Below are positions 21,486-31,738 of a stretch of 64,000 bases of DNA, one piece after another. The stretch spans positions 843,993 to 907,992 of the forward strand of contig CAWBZG010000005.1 of the NCBI GenBank assembly GCA_963793245.1, written 5' to 3'. The notes under the pieces are model-generated. The model made no database searches. It had not been told where the DNA came from and saw nothing but the letters and a program-made list of their open reading frames with translations. Source of the stretch: Rhodothermales bacterium. Its GTDB lineage: Bacteria > Bacteroidota > Rhodothermia > Rhodothermales > BA12. Numbering within the stretch: position 1 is the first letter of the stretch; the number at the start of each line of letters is the position of its first letter. Position numbers and translations under genes: made by a program.

Positions 21486-21610
21486 AAAGCGTCGGCGAAA
21501 GCTCCGAAAGTGCCAGCGTAGGTACCAAAAGCGTCGGTGTATGGCCCAGATGTGCCAGCGTAGGCACCAAAAGCGTTGGTGTAAGCCTCGGAACCGTCGA
21601 TGTAAGCCTG
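21486..21610. repeat. Tandem repeat, about 3 units of 41-42 bp, upstream of the protease start
   Basis: Units begin at 21486, 21527 and 21569. Consensus is AAAAGCGTYGGTGTA....GTGCCAGCGTAGGYACC. It translates on the minus strand as YTNAFGAYAG / YTDAFGTYAG but lies upstream of the signal peptide. Confidence 0.7.
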
Positions 21611-21727
21611 CACCGGGAGGTTCGCGTGCTCCGCAGCGAGAACAGGGCACGCGGCGACGCCTCGGTCTGCTTCGAGGTTGGGCGCGCTACCCTTGGAGAG
21701 TGGTAGGCGCCTACGCTTGGCCGGATG

Positions 21728-24213
21728 CTACTCCGCCCCTTCCAGCGGCAGCCACACGCGCAGCGTCGATCCTACCCCTTGCTCCGACTGCACGTCGAGC
21801 CGGGCGCCCAGCATATCGGTCAGGCGCCGAACGATGGACAGGCCCAGCCCGCTTCCCTCAAACGTGCGCGACATGCCGTCCGACTCCTGGCGAAACGGCT
21901 CGAACGCTGCCTCTACGAACGACGGCGCCATACCGATGCCCGTGTCGGCGACCTCGATCCACCCATACTCCTCGCTCGCGCCCACACGCACGTCGACCCG
22001 TCCGCGACTCGTAAACTTGACGGCGTTGGAGACCAGGTGCCCCACGAGTCGGTCTACGGCGTCACGGTTCGTCGTCAGCCAGAGAGGGTGCGAGGGAGCC
22101 GCGACGGTGAGGCTGAGGTGTTTGGCGCGGGCGCGCGATGCGTAGGGATGAACGGCATCGCGGACGATGCGCACCACGTCTACGCGGTCGGCCTCGAACG
22201 GAATCCCGCTTTCGAGTTGAGCGAAGTAGAGGACCGAGTTGAGCGTGTCGAGCAGCCGCTGCGCGCTCGTCTGAATGATGCTGACCGTTTCGGGATCGGG
22301 ATCGTCGGGGTCGTCGGCAAGCAGGTCGGCGAAGCCCAGGATTGCTGTGAGCGGCGTGCGGATCTCGTGGCTCATGTTGCTGATGATGCCCGTCTTGAGC
22401 CGCGCGGCTTCCTCGGCACGCTCTTTGGCTTCGAGTGCGGCGGCGCGCGCTTCCTCGAGTGCTTGCGCGTGCCGCTTCTCATCCGTCACGTCCTGCGACA
22501 CGCCTGCCATGCGCGTCGGGCGACGACCTTCAGCGTGGATGCGACCCAGCGTGCGCACCCATCGCTCCTCGCCCGCCACCACGACGCGGTACTCGACCGA
22601 TACGTCAGCGACACCCGATACAGCAGCGCGCAGCATGGCAGATTTGAATGGCTTCGTCACCGACGCACGATCCTCGCGCACCACTTGGCGAAGCGCCGTA
22701 ACAGCACGCCCGTCGAAGCTGACAACGCCGTGGATGGCGCACGTCTGCGAGGACCAGTTGCCGAGATCGGCCCCGAAGTCGTAGTCCCACACGCCGATGT
22801 GCGCCGACTCGACGGCCATCTGCAGATACTGCTCGCTCGCTACCAATCGGCGTTCGGCGGCTTGGCGTTCCGTCGCATCTACGATCGAGAAGGAGCACAG
22901 CGGCACACCCGCATCGGTATACCCGACGAGGTTGACGGACACCTCCAGATAGGCGTCCCCAGAAAGCATCGACTGGCGGTAGGCAAAGTAAACCGGCTCT
23001 TTGGTTCGAATCGCGGTCCGATACGCGTCGAACCACTGAGCAAGAGCGCCCAATTCCGGACCGATCTCCCGCACACTCCCATCCGGCATCGGTACACCCG
23101 AGCGCCCGAAAAACGTTCGGGTGGCGGCATTGGCGATGACGAACACTATGTCGTCAGGGTGGACCTCGACCACGCCCATCATGCCCGGCACGGTGTCGAA
23201 GAAACTCTGGAGGATCGCCGTCTGCCGCTCGAAGTCGCTCCTCGCCCGGCGCGCCTCGTCTATGTCGACGCACGTGCCGACGAACTCAACGAACTGCTCG
23301 CTCCTCAAAGACCGGAACGACCTGCGCTCGCGTCCACCGATAGGCGTCGTCGCTTTTGCTGCGGTACTCCGTCGTGTACGGACGGCGCGCCTGGATCGCT
23401 TCGCGCCAGCCCTCGGTCACCCGGAGTGCGTCATCCGGGTGCAGGGATTCGACCCACCCCCATCCTTTGGCTCTTTCCGAAGAGAACGACTCGCTAAGCG
23501 GATGGACACGGCGCAACTCGGTCACATCGCCTCCTGCATCGGCTACGAACGTGACCTGCGACGTCGTCTCGACCAACGCGCGGAAGCGGCGCTCGCTGGC
23601 GCGCAGATTGAGTTCGGTCGTGATGAGATCGCTCAGTTCCTCCAGCGCGACGCGGTCGTCGTCGGACCACTCGTGCGGCTCGAGTGTCGATGGCGCAGAG
23701 CGAGCCGATGACGACCCCGTCCGACGCGCGCACCGGGACGCCGAGATAGGCGACGCACGCCCATATCGACAGACTGCCCGGTTGTGTCGCAGAACGGCGT
23801 GCTCGAGAACGTCCGGCACATTTAGGAGGCCGCTCGTCACCACAACGTACTGACAAAGCGATGCATCGAGGCCCGACCTCTCGTACGTGACTCAGATCGT
23901 TCGGAAATCCGTGGGTGCTCTTGAAAAAACTCCGGTTGTGATCGAGGAGCGAGAACAGCGACACGGGTGCGCCGATTATACGCGCCGCGAGCCGAGTAAA
24001 CCGATCGAATGTCTCCTCCTCGCAAGAATCGAGCAGGCCGGTGCGATACAGGGCAGCGAGACGAGCAGGGTCGTCCAGCGCGTGGGGAGAGGAGGAAGGA
24101 CATGCGTACAGAGACGAGAAGCCCGAAGAGTATCGGCAGGCCCGAAAGAAAGGTAACCGGCTGTTTTCCCTCGGTCCAATCGGCGCATACGGATTCACGA
24201 GATGCATTCGCAC
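21728..24213 (-). pseudogene. GAF-PAS-PAS sensor histidine kinase, about 4 frame breaks
   Basis: GAF: ALDDPARLAALYRTGLLDS..FDRFTRLAA..REVGP | DASLCQYVVVTSGLLNVPDVLEHAVLRHN | PGSLSIWACVAYLGVPVRASDGVVIGSLCAIDTR | PHEWSDDDRVALEELS..PAS.. | ..SHEIRTPLTAILGFADLL (HisKA) ..DTGIGM..GSGLGLSIV (HATPase). Breaks are near 23858, 23765, 23680 and 23300. Confidence 0.8.
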
Positions 24214-24330
24214 ACGTGCCAGCGGTTCTGACCGGAGGTTTGGAGATCCCGCAACCGGCGTTTTTTCTCGCGGATACGCGCGCTGTCGCTATTTTTCAGG
24301 CTTCCCAACTCTGCCCTTTCACCACACGCT

Positions 24331-26536
24331 ATGCCGCCTGAAGATCTGCCTTCGTGGATGCACGACGTGATCGCGCAGACAGAGGGCGATAGCCGGAGGG
24401 TACTGCTCGAATCCGTCCTCGGCTTTACGGTTACGGGCTTCGGCGGCGAGGAAACCGAGGATGCGCGCCCGGCGAACGCCATCGCGCGCGGCCACGTGGT
24501 ATGGCGCAGGCGAGCCGGTCGTCGTGGCGGGGCGAACGCTGCGCCGCGTCTACGTCGCCGACGATCTGCCGCAACGCTCCTATCGTGACGAGCACAAGAG
24601 CCTGATCGTCCGCTCGCTCGACGTGGCCGACTCGGGCGGCGAGCGCCCATCGTTTCTCAACTTCTGGTCTGGCTACCGCGACGCAGGCACTCGGCAGCGC
24701 GGGGCCTATCTCGACTGGCTCGCGGGCGGCGCCCAGACTCCCGTCGACAGCTACTACGCGCTGCTCTACTTCTACGGACTCGAACGCCGCTTCTTCCGCG
24801 ACACCCCGAGCGGCGAAGAGCGCGCCGATCTGATCGCCGAAGTCCGGCGGCTGCGGGGCGTCATGGGGACCGACCATTCGTTTCGCTACCGATCCGACGC
24901 GTTTCTGGCGGCTGCCGCCGCGTTTTCACCGGAACGGCATTACCTGACCGAGCCGGACATCGAACTGCGAAGCCAGCCAAGTCATGGGCTGCTGATCGCA
25001 CTCGGCCAGGCAGCGCTCGACAAAGCGCCCCTCTCGGCAGATTGGATGCTGGCGTGGCTGTACCAGGACGAACGCGTGCACAAGTCTGCGGCGGCGCGGC
25101 GCTGCCTCGACGAGGTCCGCGTGCTGTTCGGCCAGCGCTACCGCGCGCAGTTCGGCGATGGAATCGTCGTCAAGCCCGGAAAAGAGCACCTCTCGACGCT
25201 CTACCACGCCGCCTCGGGCGACTTCACCAAGGTGGCGTCGGACCACGGCGTGCCTGACGTAAGCCGCTCGCGCAAACCACTGAGCGACGCGCTGCCGCTG
25301 TTCGACAAGAGCGTCGCCGAGTTGGACGCCTACAGCCGCTGGCTCGCTCGCAACCCCGCAGATCGCGACTCGGCCCAGGCGCTGGCGCTGCTCCCGCTCG
25401 ACCTCTCGCGCCAGCGGCTGGCCGATTCGTTCGACCCGTTCCTCAAATGGGTGCGCGATGCCGTCGACAGTGAGGCATTTGCCCAAGTCGACGCCGTCGA
25501 TTTGGGGACGCAGTGGCTGGGATCGTCGGGCACGCTCAACAAGTCGGGCGCACTTCCCAAGCGGCAGGCTGAACTGCTAAGCGAACTGCTCGGACGGATG
25601 GACATCGGCATCGAACCCGACGTGCGACGAGGCGGAAAGGCAGTCAAAAAAGGCCAACACGCTGTCCTGTTTCGCGCGACGGATGCCGACCTACATCGAC
25701 CGTCGACGGCGTTTCGGTCGCCGAGGTTGCGCTCGTCCTGATGGCTGCTGCGGCCCACGCCGACGGTGTCGCGTCGGACGCTCAGTGCGCGCACGTCCGC
25801 GCGTTCGCCCAATCGCACGACGTACCGGCGTACGAAACCGAGCGGCTGTCGGCCCGCGCCGTCTTCCTGCTGCGCCATCCGCCCGCTCTGCGCGACGTAC
25901 GATCTGCCGCCAAGAGCCTTGCCGATTCTGACACGGCAGGAGTTGTCGCACCACGCGCTACTGACGGCCAGTCTCGATGGGACGCTGACGCCCGACGCGA
26001 GCCGTACGATCAGCAAACTGTACGAAGCGCTCAGCCTGCCCACCTCGGCGCTCTACTCCGACCTGCATGCGATGCAAACGGGCGTCGACGCGCCTACCCT
26101 CGTCCGTCCAGGCGGCAACGCATCGCTCGGGTTCGCCCTCCCCCAGCGTCCGAGCGACGCGCCCGCGCCGACGTTCACGCTCGACCTCGACGCCGTCCGC
26201 GCCAAACTCGCCGACACACACCGAGCCTCGGCTCTCCTCGCAGACGTCTTCGCCGACGAAGAGGAGACCGAAGCCGCCTCGCCTATCGCAGAGCCGGACG
26301 CCCTGCCCGGCCTCGACGCTCCCCACTCGGCGCTGACGTTGGTGCTGGTCGAACAAGCCGAGTGGTCGCGCGACACCTTTGAAGCACTGGCCAGCGAACG
26401 CGGACTGATGTCCGGTGGCGCACTCGAAGCGATCAACGAGTGGGCGTTCGATGCGTTGGGCGACGCGCTGATCGAAGACGACGATCCGCTAACGGTGGAC
26501 CTCGACGCGTGGCGCGCGTACCAGTCGGCTGCCTGA
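24331..26536 (+). pseudogene. sngA: TerB_N - TerB - TerB_C protein (Shango SngA-like); frame interrupted near 25700 and 25915, and possibly near 24480 if the 24331 start is real
   Basis: TerB_N: ATWYGAGEPVVVAGRTLRRVYV..YLDWLAGGAQTPVDSYYALLYFYGLERRFF (frame 2, 24461-25741). TerB-like: VAEVALVLMAAAAHADGVASDAQCAHVRAF (frame 1). TerB_C: LDLDAVRAKLADTHRASALLADVFADEE..GLDAPHSALTLVLVEQAEWSRDTFEALASERGLMSGGALEAINEWAFD (frame 2, to 26536). Confidence 0.7.
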
Positions 26537-26560
26537 CCCATTTCCACCGACCTCCTACCG

Positions 26561-27889
26561 ATGCAGCCCGACGACCGCCCCAAGATCCGCCCTCGCGAAC
26601 GAAACGCGCTCGTCCAGGCGCTCCGCGCAGGCGTCGTGCCGCGCAGTGGGTTGCAGCACATCCAGGTGGGCCGCAGCAAAGAACTCGACGCCCTGCTGCG
26701 CAACATCGACCACGTCTCCGACGGCGGATCGGCGGTGCGGTTCGTGATCGGCGAGTACGGCTCGGGCAAGACGTTTTTCCTCAACCTGATCCGATTGGTC
26801 GCCCTGGAGCGCGGCCTGGTCACCCTCAGCGCCGACCTCACACCGGACAAGCGGTTGCAAGCCGCAGGCGGGCAGGCGCGGGCACTCTACGCCGAGTTGA
26901 TGCGCAACCTCGCCACGCGCACCAAACCGGACGGCGGAGCGCTGCCGTCGATCGTAGAGCGGTTCGTATCGCAGGCAGCAAGTCAGGCGCAGAGCGAGGA
27001 CCGTGACGTCGAAGAGGTGATCCGCGAGCGGCTGACGTCGCTCGAAGAGTTGGTGTCGGGCTACGACTTCGCTTCGGTGATCGCGCACTACTGGCGGGCA
27101 CATCAGGACGGCGACGCGGGCGGTAAGGCCGACGCGCTGCGGTGGCTACGGGCCGAATATCCCAACCGCTCGTCGGCCAAAAAGGACTTGGGCGTCTCGG
27201 CGATTATCGACGATCAGTCGTGGTACGACTACCTCAAGCTGATGGCGCGCTTCGTGCGGCTGGCGGGCTACGGCGGAGTGGTCGTCGTGCTCGACGAGGT
27301 CGTCAACCTGTACAAGATGCAGCACAAGACGGCACGGAGCCGCAACTACGAGCAGGTGCTCCGCATCGTCAACGACAGCTTGCAGGGTGTATCGGAAGGC
27401 GTGCTGATGCTCTTCGGCGGCACACCCGAGTTCCTGATGGACCCATATCGCGGACTCTACTCGTACGAAGCCCTCCAAACACGCCTGGCCGAAAACACAT
27501 TCGCCCGCGACGGCCTAGTCGACCTCTCCGGCCCGGTCATGCGCCTGCAAAACCTGTCGCCCGAGGACCTGTATGTGCTGCTCGCCAACATCCGCCGCGT
27601 GTTCGCCGAGGGCGACGACAGCAAGCACCTCATCCCCGACGACGCGCTGCAAGCGTTCATGCGCCACTGCTCCGAGCGCATCGGCGACGCCTACTTCCGC
27701 ACGCCGCGCACGACCGTCCGCGCCTTCACCGATCTGCTCGCCGTGCTAGAGCAAAACCCCGACGCCGACTGGCACTCCCTCCTCGGCTCCGTCGCCCTGG
27801 CACCCGAGTCCAACCCTGACCTGGAGCCGCTGGCCGCCGGTGATGACGCGGAGGACGATGCCGATGGCCTGTCGTCGTTCACGATGTGA
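26561..27889 (+). CDS. sngB: DUF2791/BrxD-like P-loop ATPase (Shango SngB-like)
   Basis: 442 aa. N-terminus ..RERNALVQALRAGVVPRSGLQHIQVGRSKELDALLRNIDHV..GGSAVRFVIGEYGSGKTFFLNL (Walker A), then GGVVVVLDEVVNLY (Walker B). Confidence 0.8.
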   Translation: MQPDDRPKIRPRERNALVQALRAGVVPRSGLQHIQVGRSKELDALLRNIDHVSDGGSAVRFVIGEYGSGKTFFLNLIRLVALERGLVTLSADLTPDKRLQAAGGQARALYAELMRNLATRTKPDGGALPSIVERFVSQAASQAQSEDRDVEEVIRERLTSLEELVSGYDFASVIAHYWRAHQDGDAGGKADALRWLRAEYPNRSSAKKDLGVSAIIDDQSWYDYLKLMARFVRLAGYGGVVVVLDEVVNLYKMQHKTARSRNYEQVLRIVNDSLQGVSEGVLMLFGGTPEFLMDPYRGLYSYEALQTRLAENTFARDGLVDLSGPVMRLQNLSPEDLYVLLANIRRVFAEGDDSKHLIPDDALQAFMRHCSERIGDAYFRTPRTTVRAFTDLLAVLEQNPDADWHSLLGSVALAPESNPDLEPLAAGDDAEDDADGLSSFTM

Positions 27890-27922
27890 TGGAGAGGTTG
27901 TGAGCGTTGAGTCAGCAAGGGA

Positions 27923-28317
27923 GATTGCCACGTCCCCCGATCAAGCCGAGGGCAGGCTGCTTCGCTCCTCGCAATGACAAAGTGGAGAGAGGTGGAGACT
28001 TTGCGCCAACACTCCGAGCCGACGTGTTTAGAATCGGCCTTAGACGATCCGGCGATCAGATGCAGAGTGGAGCGAGCGTCCGAAGAGCCGTTCGTGTCTG
28101 AGCGCAGCGTCTCGACGCGTAGCGAGTTGAACGGGTTCAGCGAACGCAGCGCCGCATCAGCCGGATCGACGTAAGCCTTGATCTTTTGGTTCTTTTGTAT
28201 CAAGACAAAAGGGCCGGACAACACAACCGGCACACTCACGGATCACAACTCATCACGATCTAGCCTGGCAAGTAGTTGTGGATCCCTGCCTTCGCAGGGA
28301 CGACGGTTGGAGAGAGG
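27923..28317 (+). repeat. Modular intergenic repeat, locus A (modules M1 27923-27978, M2 28031-28211, M3 28279-28317), between sngB and sngC
   Basis: M1 is GATTGCCACG..CTCGCAATGAC. M2 is ..GAATCGGCCT..TGAGCGCAGCG..AGCGAGTT..CGACGTAAGCCTTGATCTTTTGGTTCTTTTGTATCAAGACAAAAG. M3 is GGATCCCTGCCTTCGCAGGGACGACGGTTGGAGAGAGG. Copies occur at loci B-E. Confidence 0.8.
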
Positions 28318-28363
28318 CAAACCATGCGGCGCGTTATATACCGGCGTCGCCAAGACTTCTACT

Positions 28364-30547
28364 ATGCCCACAGCCTCCTCCGCCTTCGAGAGCCTCCACC
28401 CGTCGGTCCAAAAGTGGGTGTATCGCCAAAACTGGACGCACCTCCGCGATCTCCAGGAGCAAGCCATCGCCCCGATCCAGGCAGCCGAGCGCGACGTGAT
28501 CCTGGCAGCCGCCACCGCGAGCGGAAAGACCGAAGCCGCCTTCTTACCCATCCTCTCGCGCCTCGCCGAACGCAAGCCCCAACCCGGCTTCGGCGTGCTC
28601 TGCGTCAGCCCGCTCAAAGCGCTGATCAACGACCAGTACGACCGGCTCGGACTGATGGGCGAAGCGACGGGCATCCCCATCCACCGCTGGCACGGCGACG
28701 TGGCGCAGAACCGAAAGACGACCGCACTGCGCAACCCAAGCGGCGTCCTGCTGATCACGCCCGAGTCGCTCGAAGCCCTGTTCGTGCGGCGCGGACTCGA
28801 AGTGCCGGGCCTGTTCGCTGGCCTCGCCTACGTCGTCGTCGACGAGTTGCACGCGTTCATGGGCGACGAGCGCGGGCGACAACTCCAGAGCCTGCTGCAC
28901 CGCGTCGACCTGGCGATTCGGCGCAGCTGTCCCCGCATCGCGCTCTCGGCCACGCTGGGCGACATGCGGCAAGCCGCCGAATACCTGCGTCCGGGCGATG
29001 GCGAGCGTGCCGTCATCATCGAAGGCAGCGGCGACACCTCCGAACTGCGGATGCAACTGCGCGGCTACGTCGAAGAGGCGCCGGACGACGACACCAACCA
29101 GCCGTCCGCTGTCGAAGCCATCGCCGATCACCTCTACCAACACCTGCGCGGACACGACAACCTCGCGTTCGCCAACAGCCGCGCGTTCGTCGAACTGCTC
29201 TCGGATCGCCTGCGCCTCAGGTGCGAAGCCGACAAAGTCCCCATCGAGTTCTTTCCGCACCACGGCAACCTGTCGCGCGAACTAAGGGAGAGCGTCGAGG
29301 CCGCGCTGGGATCGAACCGCCCGACGACCGCCGTCTGCACGTCGACGCTCGAACTGGGCATCGACGTGGGATCCGTCCACTCAATTGCGCAGATCGGCCC
29401 GCCGCCATCCGTCGCCAGTTTGCGCCAACGCTTGGGGCGATCCGGTCGGCGAGCAGGTGAGGCGGCGATCCTGCGGATGTACGTTACCGAGCCTCCGACG
29501 ACGGGCGACGACCGAGCCGACGTAGCGCTCCGCCTCAAACTCGTCCAGTCGATTGCGATGGTCGACTTGCTGCTCGACCGCTGGTACGAGCCGCCCGGCG
29601 AGCAGGCGCTCCACCTGTCGACGCTCGTGCAGCAGGTACTCTCGATGATCGCCCAGCACGGCGGCGCTCGGGCCAATCAGCTATTCTCCGTGCTGTGCGC
29701 CCACGGCCCCTTTCGACGCGTCACGCCTGCGCTGTTCGGCGACTTGCTGCGCTGTTTGGGAAAAGGCGACGTGCTCCACCAGTCGAGCGACGGGACGCTG
29801 ATGTTGGGTCCAGTCGGCGAGCGGCTGACGGGTCACTACTCGTTCTACGCTGCGTTTGCGACTCAGGACGAATACCGACTGGTCTGCGGCGGATCGTCGC
29901 TCGGAACGCTGCCAGTCACCTACGCCGTCATGCCCGGCATGCATTTGGTGTTCGCGGGCAAGCGGTGGAAAGTCCTCGCAGTCGAGCAGAGCGAAAAGCG
30001 CATCACGGTCGAAGCCGGACCTGCAGGAACGGCGCCCTCATTCGGAACGAGCGTCGGCGGCCTGCACACACGCGTCGTCCAGCAGATGAAGGGCGTCTAC
30101 GAGCGCGACGACGCACCCGGCTACCTCGACGCCCGAGCTAACACGCTGCTCTCCCAGGGTCGCCGCCAATACGCTGCGCTGAAGCTGGCCGACCGCGCCC
30201 TCGTCCCAGCAGGCGAAGACACGCTGCTCTTCCCCTGGCTAGGCAGCCGCGCTCTCGACGCACTCGCCTTGGCGCTTGCCCATTCAGGAGTCGCCCCTGA
30301 GCGCTACCCGATCCACCTGTCCGTTCCCACGTCCGCCGCCGATCTCAAAGCGCGCCTCCGCTTGCTCGCCCGCCGCGATCCGTCCGACCCTGCCGTTCTC
30401 GCCGACCTCGCCCAAAACAAAGCGACCGAAAAGCACCATCGCCTCCTCTCCGACGACCTCCTCAGCGCCGACTACGCCTCGTCCCACCTCGACGTAGCCG
30501 AAGCGTGGGAGTGGCTGCGCGCGTGGGCGCGGACGAAGGCGGTATAG
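28364..30547 (+). CDS. sngC: Lhr/BrxHI-like DEAD/DEAH-box SF2 helicase (Shango SngC-like)
   Basis: MPTASSAFESLHPSVQKWVYRQNWTHLRDLQEQAI..AATASGKTEAAFLPIL (motif I), VVVDELHAF (II), SATLG (III), TSTLELGIDVG (V), QRLGRSGRR (VI), plus a ~300-aa C-terminal extension. Start set at M63 because the first 62 codons translate the repeat. Confidence 0.8.
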   Translation: MPTASSAFESLHPSVQKWVYRQNWTHLRDLQEQAIAPIQAAERDVILAAATASGKTEAAFLPILSRLAERKPQPGFGVLCVSPLKALINDQYDRLGLMGEATGIPIHRWHGDVAQNRKTTALRNPSGVLLITPESLEALFVRRGLEVPGLFAGLAYVVVDELHAFMGDERGRQLQSLLHRVDLAIRRSCPRIALSATLGDMRQAAEYLRPGDGERAVIIEGSGDTSELRMQLRGYVEEAPDDDTNQPSAVEAIADHLYQHLRGHDNLAFANSRAFVELLSDRLRLRCEADKVPIEFFPHHGNLSRELRESVEAALGSNRPTTAVCTSTLELGIDVGSVHSIAQIGPPPSVASLRQRLGRSGRRAGEAAILRMYVTEPPTTGDDRADVALRLKLVQSIAMVDLLLDRWYEPPGEQALHLSTLVQQVLSMIAQHGGARANQLFSVLCAHGPFRRVTPALFGDLLRCLGKGDVLHQSSDGTLMLGPVGERLTGHYSFYAAFATQDEYRLVCGGSSLGTLPVTYAVMPGMHLVFAGKRWKVLAVEQSEKRITVEAGPAGTAPSFGTSVGGLHTRVVQQMKGVYERDDAPGYLDARANTLLSQGRRQYAALKLADRALVPAGEDTLLFPWLGSRALDALALALAHSGVAPERYPIHLSVPTSAADLKARLRLLARRDPSDPAVLADLAQNKATEKHHRLLSDDLLSADYASSHLDVAEAWEWLRAWARTKAV

Positions 30548-30578
30548 ACAGGACGCGCTATTAGGGCTTGTCTGAAAT

Positions 30579-30877
30579 AGCGGCCTGATCTCGGTCCGGC
30601 GAAAAAGACGCGGAGAGAGCGAGCGTCAAGAAAAGCTGCTGTTTGAGCGAACGCAGAGAGCGAGTTTGCAGGTTTCCAGCGAGTGATCGCAGTGTCAGCC
30701 GGAGCGAGTCCAGCCTTGATCTTTTGCTTCCTTTTGCATCAAGGCAAAAGAAGGCCCCGCGCAGCGGACATGAAGCACCATCCTTTAACCCGTATCAAGC
30801 CGGAGAGCAGCGTCATTGTACTATCCGACTTCGGTAGTCAACTCAGATTGACACGTCGCTTCGCTCCTCGCAATGAC
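30579..30877 (+). repeat. Modular intergenic repeat, locus B (M2 30579-30750, M1 variant 30846-30877), immediately downstream of sngC
   Basis: ..GGTCCGGCGAAAAAGACGCGGAG..TGTTTGAGCGAACGCAG..AGCGAGTTTGCAGG..AGCCTTGATCTTTTGCTTCCTTTTGCATCAAGGCAAAAG, followed by GATTGACACGTCGCTTCGCTCCTCGCAATGAC. Confidence 0.8.
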
Positions 30878-30913
30878 GAAGTGAGTGGTTGTAGCCGGAC
30901 CTGGAATACCTCG

Positions 30914-31651
30914 CTATGCTTCCTCCACGCGCGGCTTCTTCCCCGGCCACACGCACAAGTCGTACACCGGGCACCGCTCGCACGCCGGATTGCGCCAGTA
31001 GCAGCAGCGTTGGCCATGCAGCATCAGCGCCTCGTGGTGGTCATAGACGGTCTGCGCATCCCAATCGCGCGGCAGCAGTTCGGCGAGCAGATCGTGCGAC
31101 GGACCGACCGCGACCTTTTCGCCGATCAAGCCCAGCCGTTGCGCCACGCGATGGTGGTGGCTGTCGACCGGTAGGGCGGCGATGCGCAGGTTGCTGAACA
31201 GCAAGACGGCGGCGCTCGTTTTAGGGCCGATGCCTTTGATCCGTTCGAGCCATTTGCGCGCGCGGGCGGCAGGCCAATCGGCCAGGGCGTCGAGCGAGAG
31301 GCCATCGGTTTCGGGGGCGTCGCGGATGGCGGTCAGCACCTGCTGGATGCGCGGCGCTTTCTGCTCGGGCCACGTGGCGGCGGAGATGGCAGTCTCTATC
31401 TCTGCGATCGGCGCGTCGATCACATCGTCCCACGTCGGAAAGCGTGCACGGAGCGATGTGTAGGCGCGTCCGCTGTCGGCGTTTTTGGTGCGGTGGGAGA
31501 GTAAGGCCGACACGAGTTCGCTCAGCGGGTCCTTGTCCGAGAAATAGGCGATGGGGCAACCGTACGCCTCGCACAGCCGCTCGTGAACGTCGAGCGCTCG
31601 GCGCCGCAGCGCATCGGGATCGGCAAGAGCAGAGTCGAACAGATTGGACAT
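30914..31651 (-). CDS. Endonuclease III family (HhH-GPD) DNA glycosylase with FeS cluster loop
   Basis: ..LSHRTKNADS..IKGIGPKTSAAVLLFS..PVDSHHHRVAQRLGLI..CCYWRNPACERCPVYDLC. Confidence 0.8.
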   Translation of the reverse strand: MSNLFDSALADPDALRRRALDVHERLCEAYGCPIAYFSDKDPLSELVSALLSHRTKNADSGRAYTSLRARFPTWDDVIDAPIAEIETAISAATWPEQKAPRIQQVLTAIRDAPETDGLSLDALADWPAARARKWLERIKGIGPKTSAAVLLFSNLRIAALPVDSHHHRVAQRLGLIGEKVAVGPSHDLLAELLPRDWDAQTVYDHHEALMLHGQRCCYWRNPACERCPVYDLCVWPGKKPRVEEA

Positions 31652-31738
31652 GCCCCTACCACGCAGGCGCGACGAACGCTGTTCAGCGGGCGCCACATCG
31701 GTACGGATGCGTCGATTTCGTACCGTGGAGAGCGCAGG

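Noticed and set aside
21486-21610. Tandem repeat considered as a CRISPR array
   Set aside because: There are only three contiguous units with no unique spacers between them. There are no cas genes, and the units are degenerate rather than exact.
21401-21613. Upstream extension of the protease ORF encoding YTNAFGAYAG-type repeats
   Set aside because: It lies upstream of a clean signal peptide (MPRLLPLAALVLFALGC) and simply translates the 42-bp tandem DNA repeat.
28178-28363. N-terminal 62-codon extension of the helicase ORF (MIFWFFCIKTKGPD..)
   Set aside because: It translates repeat modules M2 and M3. The same peptide start (MIFWFFSIKRK) appears where the repeat occurs at 47257. The conserved helicase N-terminus begins at M63 (28364).
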